The notes below the pieces were generated by a model, which was given only the letters and a program-made list of their open reading frames with translations, did no database searches and was not told the DNA's origin. Made by a program: the position numbers and the translations under genes. A stretch of DNA of 64,000 bases from Thermosynechococcus sp. (GTDB lineage: Bacteria > Cyanobacteriota > Cyanobacteriia > Thermosynechococcales > Thermosynechococcaceae): positions 7,370 to 71,369 of the forward strand of contig NZ_JBKBHZ010000007.1 in the NCBI RefSeq assembly GCF_046299655.1, given 5' to 3'. This document shows, piece after piece, positions 36,067 to 46,660 of the stretch; within the stretch, counting starts at the first letter, position 1; each line of letters starts with the position of its first letter.

Positions 36067-38520
36067 ATGCGATCGCCCCCGCTAAAAACAGTTGTTGATC
36101 CCCCCACCGTTACCCTTACCCTCGAAAGTCAGGGGAAAACGCTAACATACTCCCTGACACAACCAGAGCATCGCTTGGGGCGCGATCACCAGTGGGCAGA
36201 TTTAGTGGTGCCCGATGATCCCCTGTGGTCAGTCATTTCCAGCCGCCATGCCGTTTTTCAGCAAGAGGGGGCAACCTACTATCTCTGGGATGGGGATGGT
36301 CTTCAACGCCGCAGTACCAATGGCACGTTCTACAACCAACGCCGCATCGGCATTGACGAGGGCTTTGCCCTTGGGGAAACGCTGCGCCTCGAAATTGGCC
36401 AAGACCCCAAAAACAAAGTGCAACTGCTAGTGCAAATTCAGTTTCCGGGCACGGCCAGTCCCCCGCCCTTGCCACAGCGGCGCCGCCTTGTCCTGAAAAC
36501 CCTCAAGGAATGGCCGCTGACGTTAGGGCGCGCAGCGACCAACAGCTATCAGCATTGGCAACTGGAGGCACCGACGGTGTCTTTGCGCCACGCCAGTATT
36601 GATCGCACTAGTGCCGGCCTCTACGTCCTACGGGATTTGGGCAGCAGCAACGGCACCTATGTCAACGACAAACTGCTTAAGGCTCCGCATACCCTACGCA
36701 ACGGCGATCAAATTCGCATTGGCCCTTTTGTGCTGCTCTACCGCCACGAAACCCTAGAGGTTACGGATCAGGGCAGTCACATTCGCATTGATGCATGGGG
36801 ATTGCAACGATGGGTGGGCGATCGCCCTCTCTTACAGGATGTTTCCTTCGTTGCTGAACCAAAGCAACTGATTGGCATCGTCGGTGGCAGTGGCACAGGG
36901 AAATCCACACTCTTGAGGGTGCTGATGGGGTTGGATCCCCTTCAGGAGGGACAGGTGCGGCTCAATGGTCTCAGCCTGCATCACAATCTTGCCACCTACC
37001 GTCCCCAGATTGGTTATGTGCCCCAAGAGGATATTGTCCATGCCCGCCTCACGGTGGCCGAAGTCCTCAACTATGCGGCGCACCTGCGCTTACCAGCGGA
37101 TACCGATGCCCAAGACCGCAAAGCAGCCATTCAGCGAGTTCTGGAACAGGTGCAGCTAACAGGGACTGAACATCAACTGGTGGCCAGTCTCAGTGGTGGT
37201 CAGCGCAAGCGAGTGAGTATTGCCGTTGAGCTATTGGCCAACCCCAAGCTCTTTTTCCTTGATGAACCCACCTCGGGTCTCGATCCTGGCTTGGACTTTT
37301 TGCTGATGCAGTTGTTGCGCCAACTCGCAGATCAAGAGCGCACGATTATCTTGGTGACCCATGCTACCAGTCATGTGCATTTGTGCGATCGCCTGCTGGT
37401 TCTTGGTTTGGGCGGGCGTCTTTGCTATTTTGGTCCCGCCGATCAGGCGCGGCAATTCTTTAGTCCAACGGGCGATCGCCCCCTGAATTCCGTGGCTGAA
37501 ATCTATGCCCTCTTGACCCCCGAAAATAGTGCCGAATGGAGTCAAAAATTTCGCCAATCCACGGACTATCAACGCTACCTTGCCAACCACCTCAGCATAG
37601 GGCGCCACTATGAGAGCACCAGTGTTCTGGGGGGCGAAAACCGTGCCAGTGCCGAACCTCCTCCCCAACAGCCAGCCCCACCTCACCTCTATCAATGGCG
37701 GGTATTGTGTCAACGCCAGTGGCAACTCCTGTGGCGCGATCGTCTCAGCCTTGTCTTAAATCTGATCAGCGTTCCCATTGCCCTGCTGCTCACCCGCTTT
37801 GCTATTGATCGCTCCCCCTTTGTGCCCCAAGATCCCCCCGCCCTGCTGCAAGCAGCTCAAACCCTGCGCATTCTCTTTGTCTTTACCTGTGCCTGTCTTT
37901 GGGTGGGCCTTTCTGGCTGGGCACAGGCCTTGATTACAGAAGTGGCCATCTACCGCCGCGAACGCCTTGCGAATCTCAGTCTCTGGGCCTACCTAGCCTC
38001 CAAACTCACCCTTGGAAAGGGCATAGCTTTGCTACAAACGCTGCTTATTACCCTTGTGGCCGTCTTGGCCTTTGGTCTGCCAAAGGGTGCCCTGCTTCCT
38101 TGGCCTATAGGATTTGGCCTCACCACCTTCCTGACACTGGTGGCCAGTCTCTGTCTAGGACTTTTGATCTCCGCTGTCGTGAGTAATAGCGATCAAGCGA
38201 GCAAGATTCTACCGCCATTGCTCTTGCCGCAAATTATCTTTGCCGGCGTCCTCTTTAAGCTCACAGGAATTGCAACGGTGCTCTCTTGGCTGACGATTGG
38301 CCGTTGGACAATGGGTGCCTATGGTGCCTTGATTGACGTGAATGGCATGGTGCCGCCGCCTCTCGATTTCGGTCTCTTTGAACCGCCCCCCCAACCCTTT
38401 GAACCAACGCCCGTCTATGCCCCTACTTGGGGAAACCTCTTATTAAATTGGGGAATGTTGATCCTCCACAGCGGGATTTACTTGGGCATGGCCACGTTTC
38501 TGCAACGGCGCAAAGGCTAA
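36067..38520 (+). CDS. Double-FHA domain ABC transporter (ATPase fused to an ABC-2/ABCG-type permease)
   Basis: 817 aa with two FHA domains (HRLGRD...SSRHAVF; LTLGRA...VSLRHASI), Walker A GGSGTGKST, the signature LSGGQRKR, Walker B FFLDEP and a six-TM C-terminus. Confidence 0.9.
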   Translation: MRSPPLKTVVDPPTVTLTLESQGKTLTYSLTQPEHRLGRDHQWADLVVPDDPLWSVISSRHAVFQQEGATYYLWDGDGLQRRSTNGTFYNQRRIGIDEGFALGETLRLEIGQDPKNKVQLLVQIQFPGTASPPPLPQRRRLVLKTLKEWPLTLGRAATNSYQHWQLEAPTVSLRHASIDRTSAGLYVLRDLGSSNGTYVNDKLLKAPHTLRNGDQIRIGPFVLLYRHETLEVTDQGSHIRIDAWGLQRWVGDRPLLQDVSFVAEPKQLIGIVGGSGTGKSTLLRVLMGLDPLQEGQVRLNGLSLHHNLATYRPQIGYVPQEDIVHARLTVAEVLNYAAHLRLPADTDAQDRKAAIQRVLEQVQLTGTEHQLVASLSGGQRKRVSIAVELLANPKLFFLDEPTSGLDPGLDFLLMQLLRQLADQERTIILVTHATSHVHLCDRLLVLGLGGRLCYFGPADQARQFFSPTGDRPLNSVAEIYALLTPENSAEWSQKFRQSTDYQRYLANHLSIGRHYESTSVLGGENRASAEPPPQQPAPPHLYQWRVLCQRQWQLLWRDRLSLVLNLISVPIALLLTRFAIDRSPFVPQDPPALLQAAQTLRILFVFTCACLWVGLSGWAQALITEVAIYRRERLANLSLWAYLASKLTLGKGIALLQTLLITLVAVLAFGLPKGALLPWPIGFGLTTFLTLVASLCLGLLISAVVSNSDQASKILPPLLLPQIIFAGVLFKLTGIATVLSWLTIGRWTMGAYGALIDVNGMVPPPLDFGLFEPPPQPFEPTPVYAPTWGNLLLNWGMLILHSGIYLGMATFLQRRKG

Positions 38521-38621
38521 GATCCCCTATATTTACCTATTGCGATCGCCCCAGCACTGCGGGAAGATCTAGCAAATGAGCCAAAATTGTTCCTTCTAAT
38601 CGAGAGACTGCCGCCGCACCC

Positions 38622-40808
38622 ATGCAGACCGATGTTGTTTCCCTGTACGGGCGCGATTACATTCCCATTGTCGCCCCGCCCCTGCCTGCCACCAAGATTC
38701 AAACCCATCCCAAAACAGTTCCTGTCCTCAAGGACGATGACGTGTTGCTTATCTGTGATGAGTTGGGCAATATCTGCAATGGCGAGCAGCAAACAGCCAT
38801 TACAGGTCTATTTTGCCAAGATACCCGCTTTCTCAGTCAAGCGGAGCTGCGGGTGGGGGGCGATCGCCCGGTGCTTCTGAGTTTTCACTGCACGGGTAGC
38901 CACGCTCTTAAGGTAGTGTGTACCAATCCTAAGCAGCCCAATTTACCTGCGGAAGCCCTCTCTATTGAGCGATCGCTGGTGATTCGTGGTGCCCTGTTTG
39001 AGACGCTTCTTGTTACCAACCACCAAGCAGTACCCGCCTCAGTCACTCTCAGCCTCAGCTTTGCCTCTGACTTTCAAGACTTGTTTGAAATCCGCCAGTA
39101 TGGTAACCCCCGTCTGCAGCGAGGACAGACACTGCAACCGGTCTGTTGTGACCTGCGCCATGCCAAAGGGCGGGCTGACTTTTGTTTTGCCTACCAAGGG
39201 CTTGATGGCGCCCTCATGGAGACCCAAGTGCAGTTTTTGGGCACACCACCGACGTACTTAGAGGGCATGACTGCCAAATGGCACCTCAAACTCGAACCCC
39301 AAGGCTACCACACCATTCACTACTGTGTGCGCCCCTTTACCAATGGAGCAGCCACCTCGCGCGTACCGGTACCTTCCTCCTTAGCGACGGCGGATCGCTT
39401 GGCTCAAGAAGAACGACAACAATGGTGGAGCCAGTGTACGGAGATTGTTACTTCAAATCCTCAGTGGAATCGCATCCTGCGGCGGGGGATGGCGGATCTC
39501 TATATGCTGTTGCAGTCCTTTGGTCACGGCAAGGTTTTGACGGCGGGTATTCCCTGGTTTGCCACGCTCTTTGGCCGCGACTCAATTATTGCCGCGATGC
39601 AAACGCTGATCTTGAATCCCGCGATCGCCCGCGATACCCTGTGTACCCTTGCCCATTACCAAGGCAAAGAGGTTTGCCCAGAACGGGATGAGCAACCGGG
39701 GAAAATTCTCCATGAACTGCGCTTTGGGGAGATGGCACGCAACCGCGAAATTCCCCATACGCCCTACTATGGCACGGTGGATGCTACGCCGCTTTGGCTG
39801 ATGCTGTATGCCGATTACTACCACTGGACGGGCGATCGCCCCACCGTGGAGCGCCTGTGGCCCCATGCCCTTGCAGCCATGCATTGGATTGATCAGCAAA
39901 TGGCGGCTACGGGCTATCTCACTTACAATCGCCAAGCAGCAAAGGGCATTGACAACCAAGGCTGGAAAGATTCTGGCAACTGTATTGTTAACCGTCGCGG
40001 TCAACTGGCCCACGGTCCCATTGCCCTGTGTGAAGTCCAAGGCTATGTCTATGCCGCCAAAACCCGTCTGAGTGCCCTTGCCCGAGAACTTGGCTATGGC
40101 GAGTGGGGCGATCGCTGGCAAAACGAGGCCGCTGCCCTCAAAGATCGCTTCAACCGCGACTTTTGGCTAGAATCGGAAGGCTTCTATGCCCTTGCCCTCG
40201 ATGGCGACGGTCGGCCAGTGGATAGCCTCACCTCCAATGCGGGTCAGTGCTTAATGACGGGCATCTGTGACCCAGAGAAAGCTCAACGGGTAGGGCAACG
40301 GCTGCGGTTGCCGGATCTCTTTAACGGCTGGGGCATTCGTACCCTCAGCAGTACCTCCCCCGCCTACAATCCTATTGGCTATCACTTGGGGTCGGTCTGG
40401 CCCCACGATACCAGCCTCATTGCCTTGGGACTACGCGCCATTGGTGATAGTGACTTTGCCCTGACCTTGGTGGAGACGCTCTTTGAGATGGTGTGTCGCC
40501 AACCGGATCTGCGCCCGCCAGAACTCTTCTGTGGCTTTGATCGCCACACCTATCCCCAACCAGTGCAATATCCCGTGGCCTGCTCTCCTCAAGCTTGGGC
40601 AACCGGCAGCCTCTTCCAGTTCATCCAAATTATGGTTTGGCCACTGGTGGATGCCTCCCAGGGCAAGTTCTTGGTACATCAACCCCTCTTGCCCACGAGT
40701 ATCGAGGAACTCCACATGCGGAATCTGCGGGTCGGTGACACTCACTTTCACCTGCGGCTCTGGCGCACCGGCGAGAAGGGTTGTGACTGGGAAGTGCACC
40801 CCGCGTAA
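38622..40808 (+). CDS. Amylo-alpha-1,6-glucosidase / glycogen debranching enzyme family protein
   Basis: 728 aa with a bacterial GDE N-terminal domain plus a GDE_C (alpha/alpha)6 barrel region (GIPWFATLFGRDS, QGWKDS, WPHDT). Confidence 0.88.
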   Translation: MQTDVVSLYGRDYIPIVAPPLPATKIQTHPKTVPVLKDDDVLLICDELGNICNGEQQTAITGLFCQDTRFLSQAELRVGGDRPVLLSFHCTGSHALKVVCTNPKQPNLPAEALSIERSLVIRGALFETLLVTNHQAVPASVTLSLSFASDFQDLFEIRQYGNPRLQRGQTLQPVCCDLRHAKGRADFCFAYQGLDGALMETQVQFLGTPPTYLEGMTAKWHLKLEPQGYHTIHYCVRPFTNGAATSRVPVPSSLATADRLAQEERQQWWSQCTEIVTSNPQWNRILRRGMADLYMLLQSFGHGKVLTAGIPWFATLFGRDSIIAAMQTLILNPAIARDTLCTLAHYQGKEVCPERDEQPGKILHELRFGEMARNREIPHTPYYGTVDATPLWLMLYADYYHWTGDRPTVERLWPHALAAMHWIDQQMAATGYLTYNRQAAKGIDNQGWKDSGNCIVNRRGQLAHGPIALCEVQGYVYAAKTRLSALARELGYGEWGDRWQNEAAALKDRFNRDFWLESEGFYALALDGDGRPVDSLTSNAGQCLMTGICDPEKAQRVGQRLRLPDLFNGWGIRTLSSTSPAYNPIGYHLGSVWPHDTSLIALGLRAIGDSDFALTLVETLFEMVCRQPDLRPPELFCGFDRHTYPQPVQYPVACSPQAWATGSLFQFIQIMVWPLVDASQGKFLVHQPLLPTSIEELHMRNLRVGDTHFHLRLWRTGEKGCDWEVHPA

Positions 40809-40886
40809 CGAATAGTAACTACAAGCGATCGCCCTCGCTAGAGTAGAGGTAGCTCAGTTCCCAACCTCTGTCACGCGAGTAACAGC

Positions 40887-43604
40887 ATGACTCGAACTAC
40901 AGCCTACGACATTTGGCGCGCCGGTCATCAGCCCCTGCGTCCTCTCTTTGCCCCCAAGAGTGTGGCTGTCATCGGTGCCACCGAAAGAGAAGGCAGTGTG
41001 GGGCGTACTCTGCTGTGGAATCTCATTCAAACGCCCTTTGGCGGCACGGTGTTTCCCGTCAACCCGCGGCGCAGTTCTGTCTTGGGCATCAAGGCCTATG
41101 CCAGTGTGACGGCTATCCCCGAAGCGGTTGATCTCGCAGTCATTGCCACCCCTGCAGCTACAGTGCCAGCGGTGGTTGCCGAGTGTGCAGCAGCGGGTGT
41201 GAAAGGCGCCATTATTGTCTCGGCGGGGTTTCGGGAAGTGGGGGCGGCGGGTCTGGCCCTCGAAGAAGAGATTTTAACCATTGCCCGTCAGGGGCGGATG
41301 CGCATTATTGGCCCCAATTGTCTGGGGGTCATGTGTCCACCCACGGGTCTGAATGCCACCTTTGCCTCGACCATGGCGCGATCGGGTCATGTGGGGTTTC
41401 TCAGTCAAAGTGGTGCCCTGTGCACTTCGATTTTGGACTGGAGCCTGCAGGAGAATGTGGGCTTTAGTGCCTTTGTCTCCATTGGTACGATGCTGGATGT
41501 GGGCTGGGGTGACCTCATCTACTACTTGGGTGATGACCCGCAAACTCGCTGCATTGTTATTTACATGGAATCTTTGGGGGATGCGCGATCGTTCCTCTCA
41601 GCCGCACGGGAAGTGGCCTATGTGAAGCCGATTATTGTCATCAAAGCCGGACGCACTGCCGCCGCCGCTCAGGCTGCTGCTTCCCATACCGGGGCATTGA
41701 TGGGATGCGATGCCGTGGTGGATGCAGCGCTGGAACGCTGTGGGGTGCTGCGGGTGGAAACCATTGAAGATTTATTTGACATGGCAGAGGTCTTGGACAA
41801 GCAATCGCGCCCCAAAGGCCCCCATCTGACGATTCTCACCAATGCCGGCGGCCCCGCTGTCTTAGCCACTGATGCTCTAATTCGAGCGGGTGGTCAACTC
41901 AGTCCCCTCTCTGGGGATACGCTACAGGCACTGAATCAAGTGCTCCCCCCCGCTTGGAGCCACGGCAACCCCGTGGATATTTTGGGGGATGCCACCGCCG
42001 ATCGCTACCTCAAGGCACTGCAACACTGTGAAACCGATGCCAACAGTGATGGGCTATTGGTGATTCTCACGCCCCAAGCAATGACAGACCCCTTGGCGAT
42101 CGCCCAAGATCTCGCCACCTATGCTAAAAACCGCCCCAGTGGTGCCAAACCGATTCTGGCCAGTTGGATGGGGGGCACCAGTGTCAAAGGGGGAGAAGCG
42201 ATTCTCAATCAGGCGGGCATTCCCACCTATGCCTATGCCGATACCGCTGCCCGCATCTTTAGTTATATGTGGCGCTATAGCGATCACCTGCAGGCGCTCT
42301 ATGAAACGCCGGCCCTGCCCCTCACCACCACACCCCCGGATCGGGATACTGTGGGGCAACTGTTGGTGCAAGTGCGCAGTGAAGGGCGTACCCTGTTAAC
42401 AGAGTGGGAAGCCAAGGCGGTTCTTGCTGCCTACGGTCTGCCCGTAGTGGAAACCTGTATTGCCCGCAGTGAAGCAGAGGCGGTGGCGGCGGCCGATCGC
42501 CTGGGGTACCCGGTGGTGCTCAAGCTCTATTCGCCAACCATTACCCACAAAACCGATGTCGGTGGTGTTGCCCTCAATCTCCCCAATGCTGCTGCGGTGA
42601 TCACGGCCTACCACCAGATTCAGAAAAATGTGACGAATGCGGCGGGGGCGGATCATTTTGCCGGTGTTACGGTGCAGCCGATGATCCCTTGGAAGGGGTT
42701 TGAGCTGATTTTGGGCAGTTCCACCGATGCTCAGTTTGGCCCAGTGATTCTCTTTGGTACGGGCGGCCAGTTGGTGGAAGTCCTCGAAGACACGGCGATC
42801 GCCCTCCCGCCCTTGAACACCACCCTAGCGCGGCGCCTGATTCAGCAAACGAAAATTTCCCGTGCCTTTGCCGGCGTGCGGGGCTGGCCAGCCGTCAACC
42901 TTGCCCTATTAGAAGATCTCCTGGTGCGCTTTAGCCTGCTGGTGGTGGAACAGCCGTGGATTAAGGAAATTGACATCAACCCCCTCTTGGTGGCGCCCCC
43001 CGCTCGCCTGATGGCCTTGGATGCCCGCATTGTGCTCCACAAAGAAGAAAGTGACTTTGTCAAGCCGGCGATTCGCCCCTATCCTAGCCAATACGTGAGT
43101 ACGTGGCAGTTGCGCGATGGTACTCCAGTGCTGATTCGCCCCATTCGGCCAGAGGATGAACCCCTGATGCGGCAGTACCATGCTACCCTCTCGGAGCAGA
43201 GTGTTTATTTGCGCTATTTCCACTTGATGAAGTTATCGCAGCGGGTTGCCCATGAGCGCCTAGTGCGCATCTGTTTTGTGGACTACGATCGCGAGATAGC
43301 CCTAGTGGTGGAGCCTCAGGGCGCCAGTGAACCGCAAATTATTGGTGCAGCTCGCCTCAGCAAGGATCACTTTCGCAATACTGCCGAGTTTTCCCTGCTG
43401 ATTAGTGATCGCTGGCAGCGGCAAGGCTTGGGTACCGAATTGCTGCAGCGTCTCATCCAAATTGGCCGCGACGAGGGGCTGAGTGCCATTCACGCCTATG
43501 TGCTCAAGGACAACGAGGGGATGATTCGTATTTGCCGCAAATTGAACTTTGAATTCGCTGCGGGGGATGATCCCAGTGTTTGGTTTGTGCAACTTGCCCT
43601 CTAA
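40887..43604 (+). CDS. Pat/PatZ-like protein acetyltransferase (ADP-forming acyl-CoA synthetase-like domains plus C-terminal GNAT)
   Basis: 905 aa with CoA-binding (VAVIGAT), CoA-ligase and ATP-grasp domains, then GNAT ([12 protein letters not shown]). Confidence 0.88.
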   Translation: MTRTTAYDIWRAGHQPLRPLFAPKSVAVIGATEREGSVGRTLLWNLIQTPFGGTVFPVNPRRSSVLGIKAYASVTAIPEAVDLAVIATPAATVPAVVAECAAAGVKGAIIVSAGFREVGAAGLALEEEILTIARQGRMRIIGPNCLGVMCPPTGLNATFASTMARSGHVGFLSQSGALCTSILDWSLQENVGFSAFVSIGTMLDVGWGDLIYYLGDDPQTRCIVIYMESLGDARSFLSAAREVAYVKPIIVIKAGRTAAAAQAAASHTGALMGCDAVVDAALERCGVLRVETIEDLFDMAEVLDKQSRPKGPHLTILTNAGGPAVLATDALIRAGGQLSPLSGDTLQALNQVLPPAWSHGNPVDILGDATADRYLKALQHCETDANSDGLLVILTPQAMTDPLAIAQDLATYAKNRPSGAKPILASWMGGTSVKGGEAILNQAGIPTYAYADTAARIFSYMWRYSDHLQALYETPALPLTTTPPDRDTVGQLLVQVRSEGRTLLTEWEAKAVLAAYGLPVVETCIARSEAEAVAAADRLGYPVVLKLYSPTITHKTDVGGVALNLPNAAAVITAYHQIQKNVTNAAGADHFAGVTVQPMIPWKGFELILGSSTDAQFGPVILFGTGGQLVEVLEDTAIALPPLNTTLARRLIQQTKISRAFAGVRGWPAVNLALLEDLLVRFSLLVVEQPWIKEIDINPLLVAPPARLMALDARIVLHKEESDFVKPAIRPYPSQYVSTWQLRDGTPVLIRPIRPEDEPLMRQYHATLSEQSVYLRYFHLMKLSQRVAHERLVRICFVDYDREIALVVEPQGASEPQIIGAARLSKDHFRNTAEFSLLISDRWQRQGLGTELLQRLIQIGRDEGLSAIHAYVLKDNEGMIRICRKLNFEFAAGDDPSVWFVQLAL

Positions 43605-43676
43605 GGGGGACCAAGGATAGAACCCTAGGATCATTGATGTAGGACAATAGGTTCCGTTGAGTCGATTACAGGCAGC

Positions 43677-44813
43677 GTGAACAAAGTAACCAAAATTGGG
43701 GTGATTGGTGGCGGTCAGTTGGCTTGGATGTTGGGGCTGGCAGCCAAGGAGATGGGACTGTCGCTGTGGGTACAAACGCCTGCGGCAACGGATCCCGCCG
43801 TTGCAGTGGCAGCGGGGGTCTGCTATGGGGCGATCGCCGATGTGGCAACGACAGCGCAACTGGCTGAGCAGGTTGACGTGATTACCTTTGAGAATGAGTT
43901 TGTGGATCTTGAGGGGTTGCAGCGCCTTGAGCAGCGGGGGGTTTGTTTTTATCCTCGCCTTGCTTCCCTAGCTCCCCTTTTGGACAAGTACCAGCAGCGG
44001 CACTTTTTGCAGACACTGGGGATTCCTGTACCCGCCTTTAACTATTTGGGCGATCGCTCCCCCACCTTGCCCTGTGTGATTAAGGCCTGCCGCCACGGCT
44101 ATGACGGCCAAGGCACATTTGTCATCTCCAATGAGCAGGCATGGCAGCAGTTTCAGCAGCGCTGGCCAGAAATCCCGCCCCAACGGTTTTTGGTGGAAGC
44201 CTTTGTGCCCTATATCAAAGAATTGGCCATCATGGCAGCGCGATCGCCCCAAGGGGAGATTGCCCTTTATCCTGTGGTAGAAACGCAGCAGGTGGATGCC
44301 ATCTGTCGCTGGGTTATTGCTCCTGCCTCGGTTGATCCCCTAGTAACTGAGCAAATTCAGCAGATTGCCCGCCAAATCCTAACAGCCCTTGACGCCGTGG
44401 GTATCTTTGGCATTGAGTTTTTCCTCACAGCCAGCGGGGAAATCCTGGTGAATGAAATTGCCCCCCGCACCCACAATTCTGGTCATTACACCATTGATGC
44501 CTGTGTCACCAGTCAATTTCAGCAGCACTTGCGCGCCATTAGTGGTCAACCCTTGGGCAGTCCCGCCATGCACGTCCCCGCAGCCGTGATGGTGAATCTC
44601 TTAGGCTTAGCCGAACCGCAGGTGGACTATGGGGCAAAATGTGACGCCTTGGTCGCTCTCCCCGGCGCGAACCTGCACTGGTATGGTAAAAGTCAAACCT
44701 ACCCAGGTCGCAAGTTGGGTCATGTCACGGTGCTGTTGCAACAACCGGCGGCAGCCTTGCCAATGATCCAGCAAATTGAAGCCATCTGGTATGGTACGCC
44801 TGTTGCTGTCTGA
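43677..44813 (+). CDS. purK: 5-(carboxyamino)imidazole ribonucleotide synthase
   Basis: 378 aa with a GTG start, IGVIGGGQLAWML and an ATP-grasp core (GYDGQG, NEIAPRTHNSGHYT). Confidence 0.9.
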   Translation: MNKVTKIGVIGGGQLAWMLGLAAKEMGLSLWVQTPAATDPAVAVAAGVCYGAIADVATTAQLAEQVDVITFENEFVDLEGLQRLEQRGVCFYPRLASLAPLLDKYQQRHFLQTLGIPVPAFNYLGDRSPTLPCVIKACRHGYDGQGTFVISNEQAWQQFQQRWPEIPPQRFLVEAFVPYIKELAIMAARSPQGEIALYPVVETQQVDAICRWVIAPASVDPLVTEQIQQIARQILTALDAVGIFGIEFFLTASGEILVNEIAPRTHNSGHYTIDACVTSQFQQHLRAISGQPLGSPAMHVPAAVMVNLLGLAEPQVDYGAKCDALVALPGANLHWYGKSQTYPGRKLGHVTVLLQQPAAALPMIQQIEAIWYGTPVAV

Positions 44814-44825
44814 CTGTTTTTCTCC

Positions 44826-46361
44826 ATGCGTCCTCACTCCTTTCCTCAGCCTCTTGATCGCGCTGCTTTGGGTGTGTGCTTTGTGGCTGTTGTCTTCACA
44901 CTCCTCCTGCTGTGGGGGGGCGATCGCACCCAAGCCCAAGTGCGGGACTTTACATGGCAAAACCGCGATGTGGGAGCCGACGATCGCGCCTTTATCCTCG
45001 CCTTTAATCGGCTGATGGATTGGGCATCGGTGGCGGAGCATCTCAAGATTGAGCCACCCCTTGAGGGCAAGGCCAGTTGGTCGGGGCGGCGTTTTGCCTA
45101 CACGCTAACGCAGCCGATTCCCTACGGGCAAACCTTCAAGGTGTCCCTCAAGGATGCCATTTCAGTGCCCCAAGGAAAACCGATGAAATCCTTTCAGGGA
45201 CAGTTTCGCAGTCGCGATCGCGTGCTGGTTTACCTTGGCTCTGGAGTCGAAGAGGGGCGGCTAATTCTATATAACCTGACACTGCAACAGAAACTCTTTC
45301 TTACGCCCCCTGAACTACGCGTCTTTGACTTTCAGCCCTATCCTGCTGGCGATCGCATCCTCTTTAGTGCTGGGCAGCGGGGCGAGCAGATGGGCTTTGA
45401 CCCCCAACTGTACACCGTTACTACTGGGTTATACTTCAATGCCCCTGAGACGCCGCGGCGTCAACCCCGACCAGTGGGCGAAATTTCTCTGATCCTTGAC
45501 AACAGCGAGTACCAAAACCTGCGCTTTCAGTTGGCCAATGATGGCAGCAAACTTGTTGTTCAGCGCGTCAATCGCCTCCAGCCAGCCGACAGTTCCCTTT
45601 GGCTCCTCGACGAAAATTTTCAGCCCCGCCGGCTCAACCAAGCGGCTGCCGGTGAGTTCCGCATTGCCCCCGACAACCAGCATTTAATCATTGCCCAAGG
45701 GCAGGGGTTAGCGATTGTGCCCCTAGAACCCGGCAATGGCAAGAGTGACTTTGACTTTTTGCCGCAGTATGGCATGGTGCTGGACTTTAGCCGTGATGGG
45801 CGACAAGTGGCAGCGGTGAAGTTTAACCCCAACTTCTCGCGATCGCTCTATGTGGTGGACATCTTTGGCGAGCATCGAGAACTGCTAACCATTAATGGCT
45901 CAATCATTGCCGGTCAATTTGACCCCAAGGGAGAATTTCTCTATCTCATTCTCAGCCGTATTGAAGGGGAGGGCAGCAGCCGCGAAGTACCCTATCTGGC
46001 GCTGTTAAACCTCAAAACCAAAGAACTCACCAGCCTCAAGGACTTTAGCCCCCAAGAAGCCCTCTACCTCAGCTTGGCTCCCGATGGTCGCATGTTAGTA
46101 GTTGACGCTGTAGAGGGTCGAGAACTCCCTGAGGGCGTGGACAATAGCGATTTGTATAGCGAGACTGCCCCCGTCAACCCTAGTCCCAGTGCTCTGGCAG
46201 AACTGCCCACTGACCCCCAAGTATCACCCCCGCCGCCGCCTCAACTGTCCCCTCAACAGCATCAAATTTGGCTCTTCCCCCTAGAATTAAATCAAGATAA
46301 AATTGCTGTTGGGATGCCAGCGCCCTTGGCACCCGGCTTGCAGGCACGGTGGTTACCTTAA
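44826..46361 (+). CDS. Hypothetical exported protein (N-terminal TM/signal anchor, Ig-like plus beta-propeller-like repeats)
   Basis: 511 aa. The TolB-like repeat character (DGSKLV, DGRQVA, DGRMLV) was judged by eye only. Confidence 0.7.
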   Translation: MRPHSFPQPLDRAALGVCFVAVVFTLLLLWGGDRTQAQVRDFTWQNRDVGADDRAFILAFNRLMDWASVAEHLKIEPPLEGKASWSGRRFAYTLTQPIPYGQTFKVSLKDAISVPQGKPMKSFQGQFRSRDRVLVYLGSGVEEGRLILYNLTLQQKLFLTPPELRVFDFQPYPAGDRILFSAGQRGEQMGFDPQLYTVTTGLYFNAPETPRRQPRPVGEISLILDNSEYQNLRFQLANDGSKLVVQRVNRLQPADSSLWLLDENFQPRRLNQAAAGEFRIAPDNQHLIIAQGQGLAIVPLEPGNGKSDFDFLPQYGMVLDFSRDGRQVAAVKFNPNFSRSLYVVDIFGEHRELLTINGSIIAGQFDPKGEFLYLILSRIEGEGSSREVPYLALLNLKTKELTSLKDFSPQEALYLSLAPDGRMLVVDAVEGRELPEGVDNSDLYSETAPVNPSPSALAELPTDPQVSPPPPPQLSPQQHQIWLFPLELNQDKIAVGMPAPLAPGLQARWLP

Positions 46362-46657
46362 CAATGGCGGCAACAACTGGTCGGGTTGTCCTCAACCACT
46401 CTACTCACATTGAAGGTCTCATTCCCGTCTTGGAAAAGTTGGCCAAGGTGGCAGGGATTAGTACGCTCACGCCCGGTGTCATTGCTCCCGTCAAAGGTAA
46501 ATCTCCCCATCTACATCTACGCGTTTCGGTGCCCATCAAAGGCGGGTTTAAACTGATTGCGCGGCGCGGCAAAACCGTGCAGGAAGTCTTTGTTGTCACC
46601 CAACTGAGTGAAGCCGAGTTGAAAGCAGCCATTGATGCCGTGCTGGCCTCTAAATAA
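46349..46657 (+). CDS. DUF2103-like small protein
   Basis: 102 aa (or about 97 aa from ATG 46364), GRVVLNHSTHIEGLIPVLEKL...LRVSVPIKGGFKLIARRGKTVQEVFVV. The family was recalled from memory. Confidence 0.6.
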   Translation: MVTLTMAATTGRVVLNHSTHIEGLIPVLEKLAKVAGISTLTPGVIAPVKGKSPHLHLRVSVPIKGGFKLIARRGKTVQEVFVVTQLSEAELKAAIDAVLASK

Positions 46658-46660
46658 GCC

